A DNA stretch of 64,000 nt, taken from Hypanus sabinus (lineage: Eukaryota). How positions within the stretch are numbered: position 1 is the stretch's first letter; each line of letters starts with the position of its first letter. A program made the translations under genes and the position numbers. The notes below the pieces were generated by a model that was not told the origin of the DNA, did not search any database, and saw nothing but the letters and a program-made list of their open reading frames with translations. Positions 54,165-64,000 of this stretch are shown here, piece after piece. The stretch is taken from the NCBI RefSeq assembly GCF_030144855.1, contig NC_082722.1, forward strand, positions 27,342,001 through 27,406,000, written 5' to 3'.

Positions 54165-57100
54165 AAGCAAGCAAGGAATGACGGCGCCGGTAAATGGCGT
54201 CTCAGCGCGTGCTCTGCGGCGCAAACTGCCCTCTACTCTATCCTATACCCGAGAAACCCTCCTAAACCTCCAATTTGCTACATCCAACAAGATCAACGAC
54301 ACCCTGGTGAAGTTACCGACCCAGCTGGAGATCATCGACGCGCCAGAATTGCTTCAGTTCCAGACCGTACCTGGACTCGATCGTCGAGGCCTGGTCCGAG
54401 GTCGAGCACGTTCGCGGAGAGCCGAGGACCAACATGTCTGAGCGCCTGGAGACATGGCCTATTCCGTCCAGCAATTCTCCAAAACAGACAACTACACAGA
54501 AGTAATGTCGGAGACCTCAAGATACCCCAGCCGCTTCCCCGGAGCAACCACCGTAGGGCCTCGTCGGTGGCTGTCCAGAGCTGCCGGAACTGAGGCCGCC
54601 GCCGCCGAGCTCGGAAATCGAGCCCGCGGCTCGGCTGGAGCGGAGGCATCCGCACCCGTGACACAGTTATGGTACTTCTTTCAGCCGGCAACCCGGCCTT
54701 CAAGAATTTAGTGTCGGCTTTGGTGCCGACAGTGGCAGCGGAGTCTCCCCCGTCATTCGGCCCGACCTGGAGCACCCGACGACGCGATCCGCCGATCGAT
54801 CCCCTGGGGACGCCTCCACCAACCTCAAAGAGCTGTCAACAATATACTGCATCGAAAAAAACCTGGAAAGATGCACAAAGTACTGAGGAAGCGTGGGAAA
54901 AGAACTGGGCTGATGGTCAGGTTGAAGCGGAGGGGCTTCAGGATCCCTCTGCCCACCATCCTATTAGCTAATGTGCAAGCCATACAGAACAAGGTGGATG
55001 ATCATAAAGGGAGACTCACCTACTGCAGGGAGATGCAGAACTGCTGCGTATTCTGTTTCACAGAGAACTGGCTCTCTTCTGCCACCCCCGACTGTGCCAT
55101 CCGACCAGAGGGACTTTCGAACCATTGGATGGACGGAACGCCGTATTCAGGCAAGACGAAGGGAGGTGGAGTCTGCCTACTGATCAGCACTGCCTGTTGC
55201 TATGATACAGTGGCACTGACAAGCTCCTGCAGTCCAGACCTGGAACATCCATCGGTGAAGTGTCGTCCTTATTCTCTGTCACGGGAATTCACCTCGGTAA
55301 TACTGACAGCGGTCTACATTCCACCCAAACCCCCGCCCCCCGCCACCCAGGCGGACGTGAAGTGCGTTGTGAATACACTATATGCCAACATCAGTGAACC
55401 TGAGACCAGATATCCGGAGGCTTTGCTCATTTCAGCCAGAGACCTCAGGCCAACCTCAGGAAAGTGCTGCCAATTTATACTACATGTGTCCTGCTCCAAT
55501 AGAAGCTCGAATATACATGACCACGGCTACAAAGAAGTCAAGGATGCCTACAATTCCGTCCAACGATCTCACTTCGGAAAATCGGACCATCAGACCGTAC
55601 GGCTCTAGCCGGCTTACAAACTGAAACTGAAGCAAGAGGTCATGGCGTTGGACAGGGGAAACGGATGAAGTCCTCCATGAATGCTTTGAATTGGTGGACT
55701 GGTTCGGATTCAAGGACTCGGCAGCTAACCTCGATGAGTATGCCTCAGCTGTCGTGCACTTTATCTGGAAATGCACAGAGGACTGTGTGTCTCGCAAGAC
55801 GATCCAGTTATTCCCTAACCGGATGTCTTGGATGAATTATGAGGTCCAGTCCCGTTTGAAGGCTAGAGCTGCGGCTTTTATGTCCGGAGATACCAGTCGC
55901 TACATGGAATCCAGCCGTAAACTCCGGAAAGACATTAAGGGCGCCAAGAGGCAATATCGAACCATGTTGGAAGCCCAGGCTAACCAGAGGAACGGCAGTA
56001 GACTATGGCAGGGTCTAAATGAGATCACTGGGCGCAAAGAAAATGCTGGGAATATCAATAACTGTAGCACTTCTCTTCCTAACGAACTTAACATATTCTA
56101 CGCAAGATTCGAACAGAAGAGGCGCATCCAGCCCCCTCTGGATGAATTGGACCTGGTGGCATCAAGATTCATCATCACCGAGGAAGACGTTAAAAGAGCC
56201 TTCCTGAAAATAAACCCAATGAAGGCGACGGGCCCAGATGGCGTTTCGGGACGGATTATCCGGGCACGTGCTCCCTGCTTCCGTCTAAGATCCCCTCGTG
56301 TTTTAAAACCATAATCCCGGAGAAAAGCAAGGTGGCATGCCTGAATGACTACCGACCTGTGGCTCTAACATCATTGCTCTGAAATTCTTCGAGCGATTGG
56401 TTAAGGCACACGTCAACCAGAACCTACCGGTCAACCTCGACACTTTGCAATTCTCCTACCGGAGCAACAGGTCAACAGCAGATGCCATCTTTCTGGCACT
56501 ACATCCCTCCTTAGAACACCTGGAAAATAAAGACGCATATGTAATGCTCCGTTTCATTGACTACAGCTCTATCTTTAATACCGTCATTCCAAATGAACTG
56601 ATTACTAAGCTCCGGAACCTGGGTCTTAGCACCCAGATCCGCAGCTGGATCTTCAACTTCCTCACAGACAGGACCAGGGCTGTAAAGATAGGTGACAAGC
56701 TCTCCTCTACAATCACTCTGAGCACCGGTGCCCCACAAGGCTGTGTACCCAGCCTCCTGCTGTACTCACTGTACACCCATGACTGTGTAGCCAAGTTTCC
56801 ATCGAACTCAATATATAAGTTTGCTAATGACTCCACAATTGTAGGCCGCATCTTGGGTAATAATGAGTCCGAGTGCAGAGAGGAAACTAAGAACCTGGTG
56901 TCATGGTGAGAAGACAATAACCTATCCCTCACCGTCAGCAAGACGAAGGAATTGGTTGTTGACTTCAGCAGGAGTAACGGACCACCGTACCCCATCTACA
57001 TTGGTGGTGCTCAGGTGGAACAGGTCAAAAGCTTTAAGTTCCTCGGGGTGAATATCACAAATGACCTGACTTGGTCTAACCAAGCAGAGTCCACTACCAA

Positions 57101-57725
57101 GAAGGCCTACCGGCGCCTTTACTTCCTGAGAAACCTGAAGAAATTTGGCCTGTCCCCTAAAACCCTCACTAATTTTTATAGGTGCACCGTAGAAAACATT
57201 CTTCTGGGGTGCATCACAACTTGGTATGGAAGTTGTCCTGTCAAGGACCGGAAGAAGCTGCAGAAGTTCGTGAACCTATCCCAGCACATCACACAAACCG
57301 ATATTTCATCTTTGGACTCACTTAACACCACACTCAGTCGGAGCAGTGCTGCCGGGATAATCAAGGATAAGTCCCACCCAGCCAACACACTTTTTCTCCC
57401 ACGTCCCTCCGGGAGAAGGTTCAGGAACATGAAGATTCCAACGTCCAAATTTGGGAACATCTTCTTTCCAACTGTGATAAGACTGCTGAAAAGATCCTAA
57501 TCCGGATCTGGGCCGTACCTTCCACATATCTGGACCTGACTTGCACAACCTTACTTTCCCTTTTCTATTTTCGAATTATGATTATTAATACATTTTTTAA
57601 ATATTTACTTTGACTTGTACCTCAGGGAGCGCGAAACGCATAAACAAATATCTCTGTGATGATTGTACGCTCTAGTATCAATTGTTTGGTGACAATAAAA
57701 TATTTGTAAAGTGAAAAAAAAGTAT
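54165..57725 (+). mobile_element. Near full-length Rex1/Babar LINE nested in CR1
   Basis: [56 protein letters not shown] and RLYFLR motifs; absent from paralog B. Confidence 0.93.
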
Positions 57726-58911
57726 TTGTAAAGTGCCCTCTTTTCCTAGGATCTCCTAACATGGGAAATAATTTTCCCATATCTAATCTGTCCAGGCCTT
57801 TTAAAATTCGGAATGTTTCTGTGCAATCCCCCTTCATTCTCCTGAATTCCACAAAGTTCACTCCAAGAGCTACCAGACTTTCCACATATGATAATCCTTT
57901 CATTCGTCTAATAATTTTATAAATCTTCTCTGTACACTCTCCAATGTCAGTATATCCTTTCTAAAATAAGGAACCCAAAACTGCACACAATACTCCAAGT
58001 GTGGTCTCACGAGTATCTTATAGAGACTCAACATCACATCGCTGATCTTATATTCTGTGTCTCTAGAAATGAATGCCAACATTGGATTTGATTTCTGCAC
58101 AATAGACTCAACCAGCAGGTTAACTTTTAAGGCATCTTGCACAAGAACTCCCAAGTCTCTTTGCATCTCTGCATCTTTAATTCTCTCCCCACCTAAATAA
58201 TAGTCTCCCAGTTTGTTCCTTCCACCAAAGTGCATGATCATACACTTTCCAACATTGTATTTCTTTTGCCACTTCTTTGCCCATTTCGCTAAACTAATTA
58301 AGTCGCTCTGCTGGCTCTCTGTTTCCGTAACACTATCCGCTCCTCCACCTATCTTTGTATCATCGACAAATTTAATCACAAACCCATTAATACCGCAGTC
58401 CAAAACATTGAAAATAGTCGTTAAAATCAGCAGTCCCAACACCGACCCGTGTAGAACTCCACTGGTAACCGGAAGGCAGCCAGTAGTGCATCCCTTTATT
58501 CCCACTTCCTGTTTTCTGCCGAGCAGTCAATGCTCCACTTATGCTAGTAATTTCTTTGTAATTCCATGGGCTCTTATCTTGCTAAGCAGCTTCCAGTGCG
58601 GCACCTTGCCAAAGGCCTTTCGAAAATCCAAATACACCACAACTTCCACTTCTCTTTTGTCTACCCTGCTTTCAATTTCCTCAAAAGTTTGCAGTATATT
58701 AGTGAGACAGGATTTTCCTTTCAGGAAACCATTCTGGCTTTGGCCTTTCTTGTAAAGTGCCTCCAGATACTCCGTCATCTCTTCCCTAATAATCGATTCT
58801 AATGACTTCCCAACCGCGGATGTCAGGCTAACAGGTCCATAGTTTCCTCTCTGCTGCCTCATCACCCTTCTGAAATAGCGGAGCAGCATTTGGAATTTTC
58901 CAGTCATCTGG

Positions 58912-59395
58912 TACAAAGATGTTGTACCAACAATGGTGTTGCCTGGATGGGGGGAATGTCTTCTGAGACTAGGTTGAGTGAACTCGGCCTTTTCTTCCTG
59001 GAGCCACGGTGGATGAGAGCTGCCCTGATAGAGGTGTATAAGATTATGAGAGGCATTGATCGTGTGGATAGTCAGAGGATTTCGCGCAGGGCTGAAATGG
59101 CTAGCACGAGAGGGCATAGATTTATGGTGCTTGGAAGATGGTACAGAAGATATGTCAGGGATAGGTTTTTTCCACAGAAATTAGTGAGTGCATGGAATGA
59201 GCTGCCAGCGGCCGTGGTGGAGGCGGAAACGATAGGGTCTTTCTGGAGACTCCTGAACAGGTACATGGAGCATGGAAAAACAGAGGGCCATGTGTAAGCC
59301 TAGGTAGTTCTAGGGTAAGGATATGTTCGGTAAAACTTTGTGGGCCGAAGGTCCTTTAATGTGTTGTAGGTTTTCTATATTTCTTTGTTTCTAAT
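58912..59395 (+). mobile_element. Short 5'-truncated CR1 nested in opposite orientation
   Basis: LIEVYKIMRGIDRVD motif and CR1 3' tail; empty site in paralog B near 21432. Confidence 0.85.
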
Positions 59396-62300
59396 GTCAG
59401 AAGATCGATTCTTCAGAAATCATCGTTAATCACTCCGCAATCTCTCCAGCTATTTCCTTCAGACTCCGAAGGTGCATTCCATCAGGTCCAGGAGATTTAT
59501 CCACCGTCAGACCTTAAGCTTCCTGAGCACCTTCTCAGTCGTAATTTTCACTGCACAAACTTCATTTCCTTGACATGCTTGATTGTCTGGTATACTGCAA
59601 ACGTCTTCCACTGTGAAGACTGACGCACCATTTGCATTCTCTGTATCTCTCATTACAATATCTCCAGCGTTGTTTTTTTTATTGGTCCTATATCTGTCCT
59701 CGACTGCCTTTAAAACTTTATATACTTGAAAAAAAACTTTTAACATCTTCATTGCTATTACACAACAGCTTCCTTTCAGAATTAATCTTTTCCTTCCTAA
59801 TGACATTCTTAGCTTCCTTCTGCAAGTTTTTAAAAGGTTCCCAATCCTCTAACTCTCTACGAGCTGTGGCTACCTTATATGCCCTATCTTTGGTTTCTAC
59901 TTTGGCTCTGACTTTTCTTGTTAGCCACGGTAGTGTCCTTATTACCTTTGAAAATTTATTCTTACTTAGAATGTATCTGTCTTGCACTTTCCTCATTTTT
60001 CGCAACTCCAGCCATTGCTGCTCTGTTGTCCTTCCTGCAAATGTCCCTATCCAGTCAACTTTAACCAGTTTGCCCCTCATGCCTTTACAATTTCCATTAT
60101 TCCACTGAAATACCGGCACATTGGATTTTATTTTTCCATCTGAAATTTCAATGTGAATTCGATCATATTGTGATCACTTGAGCTTAAGTATTCCTTAACC
60201 TTAAACTCACTTAACACTTCCGGATCATTGCACAACACCTAATCCAGCACAGTCGATCTCCTAGTGGGGACAACAGCAAGTTGTTCAAAAAAGCCATCCC
60301 TTGGACATTCTACAAATTCTCTCTCTTAAGATCCAGTGCTGAGCTGGTTTTCTCAATCCACTTTCATGTTAAAATCCCCAATCATTATCATTTCATTATG
60401 TTTCTTACAAGCTGTTCCTGTATCCTGCTGTAATTTGTAATCTACATCCCGGCAGCTGTTTGGAGGCCTGTGTACAACTGCCGGTAGGATACTTTTACAC
60501 TTGCTATTTCTTAACTCAACCAGTAGAGTCTCTGCACCTTCCAACCCTATGTTACCTCTTTCCAATGATTTTATATGATATCTTATACAGAGAGCTACAC
60601 TGCACCCTCTGCCTACTAAGCTGTCTTTTGGATACACTAAATCCTTGGACGTTAGTCTACGAATTGCAGCTTTCCTTTTCCTAAGTTTCAGAGATGTTCA
60701 CAACATCATATTTGCCAATCTGTAACTGAATTTCAAGATCGTCCATTTTATTGCTTACGCTGCGTGGACTCAACTGCAACACTTTCATTCCAGTATTTGT
60801 TGCTCTCTGTTTTAACTGCAATACACCTCTATTGCCCTTTAACTCACGCCATTGGCTCTGATTAAGCCTCATCTCCTGCATGTTCTTTGTATAATCTCTG
60901 TTGCACGCTATCTTTGATTTATTTCTGTTTTCTCCTTTCCCAATTCTATCACTCAAGTTTCCATCCCCTTGTCAAATGAGTTTAAACACTCCCTAACAGC
61001 TCAATTAAATGTGACCGCTTGGATATTGGACGCCTTTGGGTTCAAGTGTAAACCGCCCGTTTTGTGCAGGCCGTAACTCCTGCAGAAGAGGCCACAATGA
61101 TCCAGGAATCTGAAGCCCTGCCGCCTATACCAGTCTCTCCGCCACACTTTAATACGCCTGAACATGCTATTTTTGCATTCGCTAGCACGTGGCACAGACA
61201 GCAATCCTGAGTTTATAGCCCTAGAGGACCTGCTTTCCACCTAACTTCCTGAATTCTCTCTTAAGAAACTCCTCCCTTTCTCTACCTTTGTCATTCGTAC
61301 CAATGTGTACCAGAACTTCTGGGTGTCCACCTTCTGCTTTCAGAATACTCTGCACCCGATCCAAGACACCTCTTACCCTGGCACCTGGAAGTCAACACAA
61401 CATCTAGATACATCTATAAGGCTGACAGAACCTGTTGTCTGTTCCCCTCTGACTACCGCATTCATCATCTTCCTCTTTCCCTTCTGCACCATGGAGCCAG
61501 GCTCAGTGCCACAGACCCGATCGTCACGGTTGTCTTCTGTCAAGTCATCCACCTGAACCGCTTCCAAACCGAGATAACTATTACAGAGGCGGATGGCCAC
61601 AGGGACTCTCATTATTATCTGAGCTGTGCCCTTCGCTTCCCTGACCGAAGCCCAGTTATCTAACTCCTACTGCCTTGGGCTGACTAACTCCCTGTAGCTC
61701 CATCTCTGTCCTGTTCATTTTCCTTAAAAAGCCGAAGGTCATCGAGCCGCAGCTCCAGATCCCTAACATGGTCTGTCAGAAGCTACATTTGGCGCAGATG
61801 TGGCCATCTGGGAGACTGGAAGATTCCCGGGATTCCCACATCTGTCACCCAGAGGAAAATACTAACCCTACCAACATATTCAAAAAATATAAATATATAC
61901 CTCATAAATGTAAAGAAAAAGCAAAAACGAAGTCCACCTACCCACTTTCCTCGCCGAAGCCTGAATGTGCCATAGCCTGTTGATTCTACTCTCACTACTG
62001 GCCGCTCCGCTTAACCATTCTGTATTTCAGTACGTCGATCTAAGTTACCTTCGCTGATAGGCCCCACACGATAGACCAATGACCGCGAAGCTCTCGTTTT
62101 AAATAACAGAGATATCAGTACCGTCTTTAAGCAGGATTTTGTTACCAGAACACTGCAAAGTGGCTACTGCGCATTCACTCAGTAAGGCCCGCAAGTGCAG
62201 GTAGTGAGCCAACTAGCGGTGCCGGGAAAAGATACTGAATGAAGGACAAAATCTATCAGCATTTGGAAAGGCAAAGAGTGTAAAAGTGACCGTCATAATG

Positions 62301-62939
62301 AGTTTCTCATGGGGAATCTCTCTCAGAAATTTGATTCAGTTGTCTAGAAGAGGCTGTGCTGAAAATTGCTATGGGAAGGGCGGTAGACTATATCTTAACT
62401 AAATTTTGCAAGGTCCCGTATGACAGTCTGGTATAGAACGTTGGTTGACACGGGAGCCAGAGTGAGGCAACCAACTGAACACAGGAATATATAATTGGTT
62501 TCCCAGAGGAATCAGACGGTGATAGTGAAGATTTGATACCAAGATAAAGGCCTTCAACTAGTGACGTATTGAACAAGTCGATCCTAATTCCAGTATTATT
62601 TGACACCTCTGAAATATTTAGTTAATAGCATTATTAGATTGTTAATAAATTTTAGGGTGCAGCGGAATTAGTGGTATACCAGACAGTGAAAGTTAACTAA
62701 GACGAGGGCCTGGGAAAGTGCGCCAAGCAATTGCACATAGATTTTAACTTGGATATTTGCAAATATTGGTTCGTTGCTTTTTGCTCAGGTAAGCTACGTC
62801 AGAAATTACGCAATAGAGTTCCCTGGGCGTTGAGGTAGAACACGGTGACTGAGAAATACAGGCTCGTGGATCTGTAAAATTGTCGACAGAAGTGGGCTGG
62901 CTGGTGAAGGAGTTGTTTATCACCATTGAATCGACAGTT

Positions 62940-63730
62940 TAGAATCAGAATCAGTATCACAATCAGGTTTATTATCACTCACATGTGTCTTGAAATTTGT
63001 TAACTTTGCAGCAGAAGATCAATGCAATGCATAATCTAGAGAAAGGGAGATCAATAAATCTAATAGACTTTGCGCATAAATCGAATAGATTTAAAACAAC
63101 GTGCAAAAAGAGAAATAACATATATATAAAAATTAGTCGTATTCACGGGTTCAATGCTCATTTAGGAATTAGATGGCAGTGGAAGAAGCTGTTCCTGAAT
63201 CGCATAGTGCGTGCCTTCAGGCTTCTGTTCCCCCTACCTGAAGGTAACAGTGAGAAAAATGGCATGCTTTGGGTCCTCGGGATCCTTAATAATGGATGCT
63301 GCCTTTATGAGACACTGTTCCTTGAAGATGTCCTGAGTACATTGCAGGCTTGTACCCAAATTGAAGCCGACTGAATTTTCCGACCATCTGCAGCTACTTT
63401 CGGTCCTGTAGCCCACGCCTCCCCCACCATGCCAGGCAGTGACGCAGCCTGTCTGAATGCTGTCCACAGTACAGTTATAGAAGTTTTTGAGTGTTTCTGT
63501 TGATCACATCTCCTCAAACACTAATGCAGTATCGTCGCTGTCTTGCCTTCTTTATAGCTGCATCGATATGTTGGGACCAGATTAAATCCTCAGAGAGCTC
63601 AAAGCCCAGGGACTTCAAACTGATCCTTCTCTCCACTGCTAATCCCTCTATACGGATTGGTGTGTATTTTTCGTGTTAACCTACGTGAAGTACACAAGCA
63701 TCTCGTTCGTCTTATTGACGTTGAGTGCAA
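62940..63730 (-). mobile_element. Rex1/Babar 3' fragment (shared with copy B)
   Basis: ASIIKDPEDPKHAIF motif; colinear with 25020-25830. Confidence 0.78.
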
Positions 63731-64000
63731 TTTATGGCAATGAGTACAGGATCTGGGACGTCATGTTCAACTGTTCAAATCATCGGTGAATCAGTTGCAT
63801 TCGTTGGTGGCAATATGCTGTGTATTTTGATCGCCAACTGTACAAAAGATGCGATGAAGCTTGAGAAAGGGCAGAAAACATTGACAGGTATGTCAGTAGG
63901 ACAGTCTGACTTTAACCGTATCAAGAGACTGGGGCTATTCATCACTAGAGCACAGGTGCTTGTGCGGTGACCACATATATGTAACGTCAGGATGGCCGCA

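Larger units (their letters stand above)
53875..62010 (-). mobile_element. Near full-length decayed CR1 LINE (duplication copy C) carrying two younger nested insertions
   Basis: Colinear with 19983-24090 once 54165-57725 and 58912-59395 are removed. Confidence 0.88.

Overview
Repeat-dense vertebrate genomic DNA, most likely from a cartilaginous fish (inferred only from the CR1 / Rex1-Babar / Penelope / hAT / Gypsy repeat mix and the Ig-superfamily content). No rRNA, tRNA or CRISPR array was seen. The main non-repeat content is a small cluster of non-rearranging, antigen-receptor-like Ig-superfamily genes. Gene B (minus strand, 37984->29899) can be assembled by hand into an open six-exon model with GT-AG introns and matching phases: leader, a single exon encoding a V domain with a germline-joined J-like GxG motif, a C1-set domain, a transmembrane exon and two cytoplasmic exons ending in an ITIM (VIYSQV). 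The predicted protein is 334 aa. Gene A (plus strand; V 8988-9294, C1 16082-16372) is a disabled paralog with a frameshift, four premature stops and no recognisable TM or tail exons. A degenerate ITIM-like terminal-exon remnant lies at about 43.6-43.85 kb. These elements sit between three or four copies of a segmentally duplicated flank (about 1.6-6.3, 19.5-27.4, 39.6-41.3 and 52.1-64 kb), consistent with a birth-and-death receptor cluster. Other items: a perfect 30-bp inverted repeat at 15934-15998, a 6.6-kb Gypsy element missing its RT core, and a 166-N assembly gap. Exon models come from manual reading, not transcript evidence, and TE boundaries are approximate.
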